A stretch of DNA of 64,000 nt from Candidatus Poribacteria bacterium (GTDB lineage: Bacteria; Poribacteria; WGA-4E; WGA-3G): assembly GCA_965215265.1 (NCBI GenBank), contig OZ244048.1:2464001-2528000 (forward strand). Reading direction: 5' to 3'. Under the pieces are notes generated by a model that did no database searches, was not told where the DNA came from, and saw only the letters and a list, made by a program, of their open reading frames with translations. Made by a program: the position numbers and the translations under genes. The stretch's first letter is position 1, and each line of letters opens with the position of its first letter. Below, in pieces: positions 48,597 through 59,130 of this stretch.

Positions 48597-49259
48597 TCAA
48601 ATATCTTTTAGAGTGTTATTGATGCGGTGCGCGTTTTCGAAATCTGCGGGTGTATTCACATTGAAAAAAGAGAGGCCTTCTGCATCAAACGGTTGCCAAC
48701 GTTCAGGGGGTACTGTCCGCATCCGGACGCGGTGATAGAGTTCATGGACGCGTAGTTCGGATTCATTCAGCATTTTTTCAATTACACGGAGCCCCTGCTT
48801 AGAATAGACAGCGCATAAGGTTTGCAGCGTTCTCTTTTTTTGAATGCAGGTATACGGCACAACCGCATCATATTCGTCCAAAAGGGAGACGAGATACGTC
48901 AGCAGCTTCGGTTCTAAAAATGGCGTATCGCAAGCGACACAAAGTGCAGCGTCATACGAAGCATAGGTTAACCCTGTGTGGATTCCACCGAGTGCTCCTG
49001 CGTTGGGAATAATATCTATGTGTCGAGGTACGTCAAATTCAGTATATGCCTCAGGGCTATTGGTGATAAGCAGCAGTTCATCTGTCACGGTGCGCATGCG
49101 ATGGATAACATGTCCAATGAGAGTCTCGTCTCCGATGCGCATCAACGCCTTATTTTGTCCCATCCGTCTGCTGTTGCCACCGGCAAGGATAACCCCGGTG
49201 ACAGGTTTTTGTCGGTAGTAGCGTTCAGGACTCTCTGGTGTGAAAGCGTTTGTGCTCAT
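48597..49259 (-). CDS. mobA: Molybdenum cofactor guanylyltransferase
   Basis: ILAGGNSRRMGQNKA, GALGGI, ACDTP, FFNVNTP. Confidence 0.94.
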   Translation of the reverse strand: MSTNAFTPESPERYYRQKPVTGVILAGGNSRRMGQNKALMRIGDETLIGHVIHRMRTVTDELLLITNSPEAYTEFDVPRHIDIIPNAGALGGIHTGLTYASYDAALCVACDTPFLEPKLLTYLVSLLDEYDAVVPYTCIQKKRTLQTLCAVYSKQGLRVIEKMLNESELRVHELYHRVRMRTVPPERWQPFDAEGLSFFNVNTPADFENAHRINNTLKDI

Positions 49260-49338
49260 CGCGGCAGACTCCTTTTTTGATGATGGAAGCGTTTTGCATG
49301 TGCATATAGCATTCCGTCTGTGCGAATATTCCTTGCGG

Positions 49339-50523
49339 TTACTCGTCAGTGCCTTTTTGGCTGATACGTTCAATAACATCGACAATTAACTCGCCTACTT
49401 GCTGTAGACTTTCTACAGAGAGGAGTTCGCCTCGATCTTGTTTGGAGTGAACTTTTAAGGTGACGCTGCTTGCACCGCCCGCCGTTAACGTAACCGTTTC
49501 TAATCCACGGCTCGCAATCGGAATGCTATCCAATCCGACACCGACAGGAAGATACCTCTCTGTAATCTGGACACCGAGGGATGCTCCGGATGCTTGGAAC
49601 CAGGTTCTCAGCTTAGCGGTGGTGCAAACGGGTGGAATCCCGTAGCGTGTAACGAGATTCACTCTGTTTCCGATGCCGAGTCCGTCTAAGTTGATAATAT
49701 AGGTGCGATTGCGGTTATGTTCATCAGCATGCTTCTGTATATAGCGTAACGCTCCACACATGCCGTATTCTTCTGCCCCAGTCGCGAGAAAGGTCACAGG
49801 TGTCTTGTTCCCACGTGCTGTTACAGTGCGTGCGACTTCCAAGAGAACGCCAACCCCCGAAGCGTTGTCGAAACCACCGGGAGACTGGTTTTGGGTTAAA
49901 TTGATTTGTAACAGCAATAGACAAAAACTGGTAATGCCTGCAATAGCCCAGGCTATGGCATCAGGTAACCCAGCGAAACCGATGAGCTGAATTACCGTAG
50001 CGATTATTAAAAGAATAAGTCCAAAAATTGAGACACCGTAAGCGGCAGCACGGACGGCAATCGGCAAAACCTGCGATTTAGAGTCGTAGTGTGCTACTAA
50101 GATCACGGTGGGAATCTTGCTATCTTGTGTCTCGCCTGTCGTTGCGACAATATTCTCCGAGCAATGTTTTCTGCCAACCTCGTACAACCTCTCTGCCCAT
50201 TTCTGCCAACGCGTGAATATTATAGCTATAGCGAGCGCGAGTACGCAGGCGAGACATATAGGGAGAGGAAACTGTTCACCTAACCATGGGACAGAGATGA
50301 CGATCGGCGTGATAAAAGCACATAAGATACGGGGCAATACTTCGGCGGGGAATTTCGTAAAGTGGAAGCGTTCCCGCTGAAGGTGCAGTCCAAATTTTGT
50401 GAATTGCTGTATGATATATTCTTGTGCCTTTGCCTCGCCTTCGCTGCCGGCAAGTCTCGGTACAGCGAGATGCCTGATGTGATGGTATGCGCGTTTTGCG
50501 TTATAATTGTGGTTTGTGCTCAT
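49339..50523 (-). CDS. Membrane M28 family peptidase
   Basis: PRLAGS, AHYDSK, GGFDNASG, GAEEYG, INLD, VHS..D; TM insertions. Confidence 0.88.
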   Translation of the reverse strand: MSTNHNYNAKRAYHHIRHLAVPRLAGSEGEAKAQEYIIQQFTKFGLHLQRERFHFTKFPAEVLPRILCAFITPIVISVPWLGEQFPLPICLACVLALAIAIIFTRWQKWAERLYEVGRKHCSENIVATTGETQDSKIPTVILVAHYDSKSQVLPIAVRAAAYGVSIFGLILLIIATVIQLIGFAGLPDAIAWAIAGITSFCLLLLQINLTQNQSPGGFDNASGVGVLLEVARTVTARGNKTPVTFLATGAEEYGMCGALRYIQKHADEHNRNRTYIINLDGLGIGNRVNLVTRYGIPPVCTTAKLRTWFQASGASLGVQITERYLPVGVGLDSIPIASRGLETVTLTAGGASSVTLKVHSKQDRGELLSVESLQQVGELIVDVIERISQKGTDE

Positions 50524-50529
50524 GCGGCA

Positions 50530-51912
50530 TTATGAATTTGCCCCCCGTGCTGTACGGAACCGTCTCGCCAAACGTGCCCGGAGTTTTCCAACCAGTTGTG
50601 ATTCTGTTTGTGCGATGTTGTGCAATTCGGTTGGGTCATTTTCTAAATTGTAAAGTTCAACGACATCGTTGTAGTTCTCAATCAGTTTATAGGTTTGAGT
50701 GCGGATGCACCGGAAGTTTCGGAGTGCGCTGACTGTCTCGGTGCGGTGTGTCTCTGTGTCTGCATGTAGCATAGGTGCAATTGAAAGCGCATCAATGTTC
50801 GCTAGGGCTGGCAGGCCTGCTAGTTCGGATATCGTTGGGTTCAAATCGATGAGTTCAACCAATCCATTTAAGGTTCGTGCAGGTTCGATGCCCGGCCCTG
50901 CGACAAGGAGTGGGACTCTTAGCGATGGTTCGTATGCGATGCTTTTTGTGTAAAGTCCGTGGTCGCCGAGCATTTCGCCGTGGTCGCTTGAATAGATGAT
51001 ATAGGTGTTGTCGAGCATGCCGCGCTGTTCAAGTGCATGAAGCATGTGTCCGATTTGTGCGTCGATGAGTTCTGTGGCGGCGCAGTATTGCTGGCGTGTT
51101 ATGTTGATTTGTTCGGTGCTGATATTAAGGACGCGTTTTTTGACCCAATCGGGTTTTCCGTGCATCTCGTCAGCAATCGCGGCAGGCATTTCTGCGTGCC
51201 GGTACTTATCGGCGTATTCTGTAGGCGGGTCGAACGGGTCGTGCGGTCCGACAAAACTGACGAAGAGGTGCCATGGGAAGTCGTCAGGAATGTTTTGAAT
51301 AAATTCAGTTGCGCGTCGGCCGATGTATGTATCCTCAAAATCCTCTGTTGAAAGCACCGAATCGTAGGAGCCGCCTTTAATCCAACCGTTGGTGCTACGC
51401 TTTCGATAATCTTGGTGGAACGTTTTGAGCATCCCTTTTTCCATGAGGTAATGGGTATAGGGTCCGATGGGGGTTGCCGAGCTGCCGGCGTGCATCTTGC
51501 CTTCACATTCTTCGGGGTGTGTGAAACCCCAGCTGTAGGTACGTGGCCGGTCTCCGTAGCGGCCGTTATAGCCATCAGGCTTGGCAAGATCGAGTTTTCC
51601 GACACATCCGACGCGATAGCCGTGGTCACGTAGTTGTTGGTAGTAGGTTGGTACATGAGATGGAAGGAAGCAACCGTTATCTACCGCACCGAGTCGAGAT
51701 GGTTGTAACCCAGATGCCAAAGCGATACGTGAAGGAGCGCAGACCGGGGCATTAGTGGTACAGTTCGTAAAGCGAACCCCTCGTTCTGCCAGTTGTCGCA
51801 AGTTGGGGGTATTGAGTGGTGCAGGCGCACCTTGATGCGATTCGAGATAGTCGTATCGGTGCTGGTCCGCCATAATAAAAAGAAAGTTCGGTCTGTCCGT
51901 TTTTCTGTTCAT
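50530..51912 (-). CDS. Cys-type sulfatase
   Basis: RPNFLFIMADQ, CAPSR, PHDP, SSDHGEM, ELYNLENDP. Confidence 0.94.
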   Translation of the reverse strand: MNRKTDRPNFLFIMADQHRYDYLESHQGAPAPLNTPNLRQLAERGVRFTNCTTNAPVCAPSRIALASGLQPSRLGAVDNGCFLPSHVPTYYQQLRDHGYRVGCVGKLDLAKPDGYNGRYGDRPRTYSWGFTHPEECEGKMHAGSSATPIGPYTHYLMEKGMLKTFHQDYRKRSTNGWIKGGSYDSVLSTEDFEDTYIGRRATEFIQNIPDDFPWHLFVSFVGPHDPFDPPTEYADKYRHAEMPAAIADEMHGKPDWVKKRVLNISTEQINITRQQYCAATELIDAQIGHMLHALEQRGMLDNTYIIYSSDHGEMLGDHGLYTKSIAYEPSLRVPLLVAGPGIEPARTLNGLVELIDLNPTISELAGLPALANIDALSIAPMLHADTETHRTETVSALRNFRCIRTQTYKLIENYNDVVELYNLENDPTELHNIAQTESQLVGKLRARLARRFRTARGANS

Positions 51913-52121
51913 TTTTCGTGTATCATATCCTCTTAGGTGGCTGCAATGTATTTTTTCAAGGAACTTACAAGCTATTATACCTGTCAATGCCCTAATTTCC
52001 AAGTAAAAAAATGTTATCAATCTTTTTTGCCAAAATTTACGAGGTATGCTATTATAGTTTCATAAATCTGAATACGGAAAAGGCTAAAACGTCTAATATC
52101 GAGGAAAATAAGGAGAGATTC

Positions 52122-52547
52122 ATGGCAGTTTTTTTACATACACGTGTTCGCGTCAGCGACTTAGACAATTCCATTAAGTGGTATTGCGACCATTTGGGTT
52201 TTGAAGTGCTCAGTCGGAGTGATAAATCTCCGGCGGGGAACCAGATAGTGCATCTTGAGCTTCCGGGCAACGCGCACACGTTGGAGCTTACCTATTCACC
52301 TGATTTTGAACTCAACGTTCAAGAAGACTTGATGCATTTTGCAATCGGTGTCCCGGATATTGTTGAATTTTGCGGTGGTTTAGAGAAAGCGGGTCTTGAG
52401 ATCTGGCCGGATGGGTGGCATAAGCAATTCACGTCGGGTGGAATGAAGATGGCATTCATCACAGATCCAGATGGTTATGAAGTAGAGATACTAGAGCGTA
52501 AAGATGCAGTGGGAGACCCGCTGAGCGTTCTTGAGACCGGCGAATAA
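52122..52547 (+). CDS. VOC/glyoxalase family protein
   Basis: FLHTRVRVSDL, LELTY, HFAIGV, FITDPDGYEVE; RBS AAGGAG. Confidence 0.92.
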   Translation: MAVFLHTRVRVSDLDNSIKWYCDHLGFEVLSRSDKSPAGNQIVHLELPGNAHTLELTYSPDFELNVQEDLMHFAIGVPDIVEFCGGLEKAGLEIWPDGWHKQFTSGGMKMAFITDPDGYEVEILERKDAVGDPLSVLETGE

Positions 52548-52555
52548 GAAGGGTT

Positions 52556-53371
52556 CTAGGCGTAGGGCCAAAACTGGTTCCATGCGTTCATCCAATCTTT
52601 TGCGCGGCTTTCTACGGTGTAGGGTCCTGTGATTTCAACCCCCGGTCGCCCTTTGAATTCAGCGAGTTTATCAACTTTGGCAAGTTCAATGCTGATTGTT
52701 GTCGGTTTCTTGGGGATATACGGTTGTGTCAGGTTCAAATTTGTGAGTGCGTTTTTGGCGGCTTCTTCAATCATCTGCCGTGCACGTATGGGTGGTATTT
52801 GCTGTGCGCTAAACCTGCTGAGCCCTTTTTTAACAGCAAGTGTTGGGAGTGTTTCGCCGAGGAGTGCTTTGGCTTCTCGGCAAACGGCAGTGTCGCCTGT
52901 CACGAGGGAGATCGGAACGCCGTAGTGTCCATTGAGTGCAGCGTTTACGCCCGTTTCGCCGACGAGTACATCGTTGAACCAGAGGTTTCTGTATTGGACG
53001 CTGGAGATGGTGTGGCATAAGACGCCGTCGGGGGTTCCGCTGCGTGCGTGCATGCCGATAAGTAGACATGCGTCGCAGCCAGATTCCCAGAGGTCTTCAT
53101 AGCGGCCCCAGCCGTGGTGCGCGACCCATTCGCAATCTGGGTGAATTTGGTCTGGGATAAGCGAATTAAACGTCCAGGCTTGCCCGGCACCGTGGCAATC
53201 GACGACAACGATTTCGGTTGCGCCGGCGGCTTTCGCGCCGCGCGCCGCCGCGTTGATTTCTTCTGTGTATAGGTGTCTACCTTCCTCAAACATTGAGGCA
53301 CCGCCCGTAACTTGTTCCCACACGACAATGCCGCTGACACCCTCCATATCTGACATAATCAGTACACGCAC
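52556..53371 (-). CDS. M55 family D-aminopeptidase (DppA-like)
   Basis: SDMEGVSG, DCHG, GMHA, HT, VGETG, VTGD. Confidence 0.93.
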   Translation of the reverse strand: MRVLIMSDMEGVSGIVVWEQVTGGASMFEEGRHLYTEEINAAARGAKAAGATEIVVVDCHGAGQAWTFNSLIPDQIHPDCEWVAHHGWGRYEDLWESGCDACLLIGMHARSGTPDGVLCHTISSVQYRNLWFNDVLVGETGVNAALNGHYGVPISLVTGDTAVCREAKALLGETLPTLAVKKGLSRFSAQQIPPIRARQMIEEAAKNALTNLNLTQPYIPKKPTTISIELAKVDKLAEFKGRPGVEITGPYTVESRAKDWMNAWNQFWPYA

Positions 53372-53502
53372 TATTTTATTCTCCTCAACATGCCGGTAGG
53401 CATCAGGCTACAGCGTGCCTACCGTTTTTTTTAGGATACAATAAGGGAGGCGCGACATGCACATCCAAGTGTGCATGTCGTCGTTCATTGCAGTCTCCTT
53501 TT

Positions 53503-53733
53503 TTACTCAACCACCACTATTTTTGCTATTGCGCCACACAACAACTTAATTTTTGACGGTTGCCTGTCTGTCTCATAAGCCTCTAAAAATTCACCGCTAT
53601 TCCTATCAATATGCACTACAATTCTAGTCTTTTCAAAATCATAGTGCATTATCTCTCTGTTTGCTGCATTAATCCGCCGGTCAGGTAATCGACCGATAAT
53701 CTTCTGCTTTAATTCTTCTTTTCCTAAATTCAT
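53503..53733 (-). CDS. Small hypothetical protein
   Basis: 76 aa, AT-rich, RBS-like GAGGG; no recognisable motif. Confidence 0.45.
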   Translation of the reverse strand: MNLGKEELKQKIIGRLPDRRINAANREIMHYDFEKTRIVVHIDRNSGEFLEAYETDRQPSKIKLLCGAIAKIVVVE

Positions 53734-53977
53734 GATGCCCTCTTTAGCAGGTTATGCGTGCCCTTTACGGGGCGTGCGTTGTTGTGGTTCATAATTCTAT
53801 TCGCGACTTCGTGTATAAGTTCAACGGCGATAAAGTTGTCCTGCCTCTCCTTTTTTATCGTAAGAAACAATTAGACGGCTAAAGGATGCGATAAGGGCGG
53901 CGAATGGAAGTCGCATACGTGCTTGACATGTTGCCGTTCGCCGTGCCGACTTTTGCTGTTAGCCGCCTCTTTATTGA

Positions 53978-55015
53978 CTACAACTTCGCTCTGAGCAGAT
54001 GCATCAGACGTTCTGGTGGTTCAAACGGAAGTTCAACAATTTCGTTGGTGATGCCGCTGTAATAGATGCCTAGTAGCAGATTGAACTCTGCGAGTGATTG
54101 CTTCAGGTGCGTTGGATGCACCTTGTTCTCATCGTCGAGCCAGTTGAACACCGCTTCGGTGAGATTGCCTTGTGCGATGACATCTTGCTGTCCGTAGTTG
54201 AGCGGTCCGCCTTCATAGCCGTTCTCCTGCGTGGCGCGTTCCCAGCTGCTGAACCGCCAATGGACGAATCCCTTGGTACCAACAACGAAAACCCGTTTGT
54301 GACAGTGAACCCCCGGATCGTCGGAAGCGCGCAGTCCCAAGCCAGTGCCGAAGGCGACAGAAACATGGAGCCCATTTTCGTATTCAACGCGTCCGACGGC
54401 ATGCATGGGGGATGGCTGTGCTGAATCCAACTGTTCACTTCCGGAGATTTGCCCAAGTACCCTTATTGGACGAGAGTTGTCAATGTAGGACGAGACTAAT
54501 TGCAGCACATGGGGTCCCTGGTCAACGGGTGTGCTTCGGGCGCTTGCATCAATAAACTTAATGTCGCCAATTCTGCCGGCTGCCACGTCGCGTTTGAGTT
54601 CAAGATTCTGCGGGTGGAAGTTGAGTTGTGTATTGACAACGAACTTGGTTTGCGTTTCCTCAGCCAAACCTGCAATTTGTTTCCAATCTTCGCTTTCGAC
54701 GGCGATCGGTTTTTCGACGATGGCGGCTGGCACACCGTGGTCAGATGCCTGTTTCATCAGAGGGTATCGGATACGTTCGTTGCTGCCACGCAGGACGGGT
54801 GCCGTGACAATATGGAGCACATCCGGTTCCTCTTTCTCTAGCATCTCATCCAAGTCGGTGTATCGTGAAGAGATGCCGAAGTCGTCCCCGAATTTATTGA
54901 GCAGTTCGGTATTCATATCACAGATTGCGGTGAGTTTTCCGTTTTTAACAAAACGGTATGCGTCTGCATGGGCGCGTGCCCTGCCCCCGCATCCTAACAT
55001 CGCTGTTTTATACAT
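53978..55015 (-). CDS. Gfo/Idh/MocA family oxidoreductase
   Basis: LGCGGRA, EEPDVLHIVT, VEKP. Confidence 0.9.
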   Translation of the reverse strand: MYKTAMLGCGGRARAHADAYRFVKNGKLTAICDMNTELLNKFGDDFGISSRYTDLDEMLEKEEPDVLHIVTAPVLRGSNERIRYPLMKQASDHGVPAAIVEKPIAVESEDWKQIAGLAEETQTKFVVNTQLNFHPQNLELKRDVAAGRIGDIKFIDASARSTPVDQGPHVLQLVSSYIDNSRPIRVLGQISGSEQLDSAQPSPMHAVGRVEYENGLHVSVAFGTGLGLRASDDPGVHCHKRVFVVGTKGFVHWRFSSWERATQENGYEGGPLNYGQQDVIAQGNLTEAVFNWLDDENKVHPTHLKQSLAEFNLLLGIYYSGITNEIVELPFEPPERLMHLLRAKL

Positions 55016-55127
55016 GAGTCATGTCTCCTATTAGCGGTATTTAATTATTGAAAATGCTTGTACTTTCATAGAAATCCTCGAGAAATACAGAGATTAGATT
55101 AACAGAAGCACAAGTTCTTGTCAACGG

Positions 55128-56174
55128 TTATCTATCAGGATTGATTGAAATCTTTTCGGCGATCTTCGCGCTATCGTAGAGTGCATCCAAAATTTGCATG
55201 AAAGTATAGGCATCTGCTGGGGAAACATCCGGTGCAACTTCGCCTGCGATTGCCATGGCGAAATGGTTGAGTTCATAGAAGAAGACGGGTATCTCTTGAG
55301 GCAGCGTGCCGTGTTCTATTTCGCTGGGTTCATCAATAACTTCGCGAATAAATTCACCAGCTTTGAATCGAGCGATTCCACCGTTGGTGATTGCCCCGGT
55401 GGTGCCGTAGCATTCCACAACACTTGGAGAATCGGAATGGCTCATTCGGGAACAGTCGATCTGGATGGTTTTTCCGCCTTCGCATCCGACAATACCAGTG
55501 AAATAGTCTTCTGCGGGTCCTTCTGGTCCGTGGTACTGTGGATAAAGTGCATGTATTGATGCGAACGCCCATTCAGGGTTCGGGCATCCCATCCACCACC
55601 AGACGAGGTTGAGTTCGTGCGAATAGTGTTGGCCTAACGAACCGCCCTTCTGCCCATAGACGTGCAGCCAGCGGCTGTCCTGATTAAACTGTGGGATGAA
55701 GTTATATTTGCCGAAGACCCGGGCGTGATAAGGCGTTCCAATTTTTCCTTTTTGTATTGCGTTGCGAATTTGGCGATTCTGCGGTGCGTGACGCATAAAA
55801 TAGCAGAATTGGAGTGTTTTTGCGGATGCTTCTGCTGCTGCTTCCATCTTTAAGATTTCCGGTGCCCGGATGGCGTGCGGTTTCTGTACTAAAACGTGCT
55901 TGTTTGCGTGCAGCGTATCCAGTACCTGTTGAAGGCGTCCGTCCGGTGAAGTTGCGAGATAGACGGCATCAACTGCAGGGTTGTCCAATAGTTCCCGGTA
56001 GTCGCTATGTCGGTGTGTGACGGCGAAGTCGTTTCCGGCCTGTTCACGGCGTGCAGCGTTGCGTTCTGCGATGGCAGTGACGTTCATGCGTGAAGTTGCA
56101 TTGGCGGCTTGAATTGCTTGACAGCCTGCCCATCCGCATCCAACGACTCCGAGTTGAATCTGTCCGTTTTTCAT
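55128..56174 (-). CDS. Gfo/Idh/MocA family oxidoreductase
   Basis: VVGCGWAG, VDAVYLAT, VQKP (variant of EKP), GGSL. Confidence 0.9.
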   Translation of the reverse strand: MKNGQIQLGVVGCGWAGCQAIQAANATSRMNVTAIAERNAARREQAGNDFAVTHRHSDYRELLDNPAVDAVYLATSPDGRLQQVLDTLHANKHVLVQKPHAIRAPEILKMEAAAEASAKTLQFCYFMRHAPQNRQIRNAIQKGKIGTPYHARVFGKYNFIPQFNQDSRWLHVYGQKGGSLGQHYSHELNLVWWWMGCPNPEWAFASIHALYPQYHGPEGPAEDYFTGIVGCEGGKTIQIDCSRMSHSDSPSVVECYGTTGAITNGGIARFKAGEFIREVIDEPSEIEHGTLPQEIPVFFYELNHFAMAIAGEVAPDVSPADAYTFMQILDALYDSAKIAEKISINPDR

Positions 56175-56219
56175 TCCAAATTCTCCGTGGCTTGGCGATT
56201 GCCTGTTTTGTGGCTTCCC

Positions 56220-57482
56220 TTACGGTTCCGCAATTTTGTAGAGTTCTACCTGCCCGCCACGATATGTCTGGATGGCGAGGCTTTTGACGGGTTGACGGTT
56301 TTCGTCGTAGTGTGAAATCGTTGTTGCCCCTTTGTAAGCCTTGACTGCTGCGAATGCTCTTTGAACAGCAACCGCATCCAAGGAACCGGCTGTCTCTATT
56401 GCCAGAGCCAATAGTCGCATTGCATCGTACCCTGAGGCGGCGATGCCATCAGGCGGACTTCCGAACAGTGCGGTGTAACCTCCCACAAATTCTTGGACGG
56501 CTTCATCCTCAGCTGCGACAGAAAAATTAGTGGGATAGTAGCTGCCATCCAGTACAGAGTTATTGTCTAGGATACTGAGGAACTGCTCGCGATCGTCCCA
56601 AGCACTGCCGCCAAGGAAGGGGTTCTTTATACCGAGCTGCCGGGCTTCATTGATTAACAGGGGTACCTCGGGCAGGAAGCTCGGGCAGAAGATAACGTCC
56701 GGTTCTGCGACAGCGATTTGTGTCAGCTGTGGCATAAACGTTGTATCCCCGACAGTATAGGTGTCCATGTAAAGGATTTGGCCGCCGGTGTCCTCAAAAG
56801 CGGTGCGGAATGCTTGAACGAGATCTTCGGAATAGACATCGTCCGCTTCGTAAATTATCGCTGCCGTTTTCGCGTTGAGTTCATCGGTGTCCATAGCGAA
56901 TCTGGCCATCACTTCCCCTTGTAACGCGTTCGGCACTGTAATCAGGAAGACATATTCCCCAATTTTTGGTACGGTGGAGCTGCTGGACCCTGGGAGCATG
57001 AGCCTGCGTGCTTTTTGCGCAATCGGACCTACTACGACAGCATTGCTTGAGTAAACGGGCCCAAGCAGTGCAAAGACGTTCGCCTCTTCAATGAGTTCAG
57101 TTGCCGCGACGACACTGGATTCAGGGGTAGGAGGCATGGTTGCTACAGGTTGATTGTTTCGAGTGATAAACTCCACTTGCCGCCCAAGCACCCCGCCCTG
57201 GTTGTTAATCTGGTGTCGTGCGGTTTCGGCACCTTGGCTAAAGGTCGTGAAGACGTTTGAAGGCTGAATCACCCCGATTTTGAGCGTTGTTTCCATAGGG
57301 GCAGTTGTACCGTCAGGCTGAATCACCTGATTAATCCGTTCACACCCTGACAGGCATGCAATTAAAATTGAGAGAAAAAGGAGTTTAAGAGAATGCTGCT
57401 GTCGCAACGTTCCTAATACGTGATTTACAAACTGTCCAGAAGATATTGAGATTAGCCCAGTCGATCTAATTATAAGTTTCAT
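56220..57482 (-). CDS. Branched-chain amino acid-type ABC substrate-binding lipoprotein
   Basis: Lipobox LSGC, INNQGGVLGRQ, LGPVYSS, GYDAM. Confidence 0.88.
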   Translation of the reverse strand: MKLIIRSTGLISISSGQFVNHVLGTLRQQHSLKLLFLSILIACLSGCERINQVIQPDGTTAPMETTLKIGVIQPSNVFTTFSQGAETARHQINNQGGVLGRQVEFITRNNQPVATMPPTPESSVVAATELIEEANVFALLGPVYSSNAVVVGPIAQKARRLMLPGSSSSTVPKIGEYVFLITVPNALQGEVMARFAMDTDELNAKTAAIIYEADDVYSEDLVQAFRTAFEDTGGQILYMDTYTVGDTTFMPQLTQIAVAEPDVIFCPSFLPEVPLLINEARQLGIKNPFLGGSAWDDREQFLSILDNNSVLDGSYYPTNFSVAAEDEAVQEFVGGYTALFGSPPDGIAASGYDAMRLLALAIETAGSLDAVAVQRAFAAVKAYKGATTISHYDENRQPVKSLAIQTYRGGQVELYKIAEP

Positions 57483-57759
57483 TTTTTCCTTTCGTAATCA
57501 GAATGTCGCCCGGTTATCCGGGCGATTCATCTGTTTTATACAAAAAAACTTGAAAAATATTCGGTTTTATGATAGTTTTACAACAAGAGTTTTTAAGAAA
57601 AATAATAACATATATCGCGCGTGACTGGCAAGCGCAATTGTAAATCTGCACAGATTGGCACAGTTATTAAAATAGCCACGGTTGCTCTGGCGAGATAGGT
57701 GCGCGATGCCTCGCGCAAGGCGTGCCTTATCGCTTTAATCGACGGAAAAGGAGTTTTCC

Positions 57760-58818
57760 ATGGAACTCGGTTTTTTCACAATGCCTTTGCATCCCCCCGG
57801 TAGCGATACCACGAAGACGTTAGACGATGATATGGAGCAGATGGTAACGTTAGACGGGTTGGGCTACAAAGAAGCCTATATTGGTGAACATTTCACTTTC
57901 ACGTGGGAGAATATCCCGTCTCCGGATCTTTTCATCGCGAAGGCGGTTGCGATGACAGAGAACATCGTATTTGGTACTGGTATAACCTGCATGCCCATCC
58001 ACAATCCGGCAGTTGTCGCACATCGCATCGCACAACTTGACCATCTTGCACATGGCCGTTTTCATTGGGGCGTTGGTTCAAGTTCTACACCGAGCGATGC
58101 TGAGATGTTTTTGGCAGATGGGGACAGGAGGCAGGCGACGCGGGAAGGAATTGATGCAGTTCTTAATATTTGGGACGACCCGGAGCCCGGCCACTATAAG
58201 ACTAATTTCTGGGAATTTAAAATTCCGGAACCGAGGCCGGACATTGTGAGTATTCACATGAAACCGTATCAGAAACCGCATCCGCCCATTGCGTTGGCTG
58301 GTTCCTCTACTAGATCTGACACTCTCATCCTTGCTGGTGAGCGCGGCTGGATTCCGATGAGCATTAATCTCGCCCCTGTATCTGTCATCAAAACGCACTG
58401 GGATGCAGTCGAAGAGGGTGCTGCAAAAACCGGGCTCTCGCCCTGCCGTTCAACTTGGCGGATTGCACGTGAGGTATACGTGGCGGATACCAATGAGCAG
58501 GCACGAAAAGAGGCGATTCAAGGCACCCTCGGTCGCGATTTTAGGGAGTACTGGTTTAAACTGTTTGGATGGGAAAAGTTCAAGCCGGCTCCGGATATTC
58601 CTGATATAGAATCGTGCCTTGAACATCTATTGGATACTTTGTGGATTGTTGGGAGCCCTGAACATGTCGCGAACCGCCTCCGTGAACTTTATGATGAGGT
58701 TGGTGGATTTGGGGTGTTACTCGCTATGGGGCATGAATGGGAACCTAAGGAGCAGTGGTTGCGCTCAATGGAACTCCTGCAGAATGAAGTGATGCCACAA
58801 TTGGGGGACTTGACTTAA
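57760..58818 (+). CDS. LLM class flavin-dependent oxidoreductase
   Basis: IGEHF, LDHLAHGRF, PYQKPHPP, IVGSP, VGGFG. Confidence 0.93.
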   Translation: MELGFFTMPLHPPGSDTTKTLDDDMEQMVTLDGLGYKEAYIGEHFTFTWENIPSPDLFIAKAVAMTENIVFGTGITCMPIHNPAVVAHRIAQLDHLAHGRFHWGVGSSSTPSDAEMFLADGDRRQATREGIDAVLNIWDDPEPGHYKTNFWEFKIPEPRPDIVSIHMKPYQKPHPPIALAGSSTRSDTLILAGERGWIPMSINLAPVSVIKTHWDAVEEGAAKTGLSPCRSTWRIAREVYVADTNEQARKEAIQGTLGRDFREYWFKLFGWEKFKPAPDIPDIESCLEHLLDTLWIVGSPEHVANRLRELYDEVGGFGVLLAMGHEWEPKEQWLRSMELLQNEVMPQLGDLT

Positions 58819-58975
58819 CGCCATCGTTGTGAGATGATGCGCTGGTTCAAAGCAACGCACTGCCGCGACTCTGCCGACATGCCAGAGAACCTTATGTGGT
58901 GCCAGGTACGAAAAAATGAATGCAACGTTAAGAGTAGGTGCTGCCGAAACCTCTATCACTACTATAAAGGACAGG

Positions 58976-59072
58976 CCTGTTGAAAGAGAACTGTTAGTCC
59001 ATGTCGCGTCTCCTTAGAGTGTTCAGTCATCTGCTGTGCAATCCTGTTGAAAGAGAACTGTTAGTCCATGTC
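58976..59072. repeat. 30-bp perfect direct repeat x2 separated by 37 nt
   Basis: CCTGTTGAAAGAGAACTGTTAGTCCATGTC at 58976 and 59043. Confidence 0.95.
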
Positions 59073-59130
59073 CCTGCCGAACTCAATCTGAGATACGGAA
59101 ATCCGGCTCTGACACAAATAGGAGATAGGA

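Noticed and set aside
58976-59072. CRISPR array
   Set aside because: Only two repeats, no cas genes in the window, and the repeat lies in a coding-like stub.
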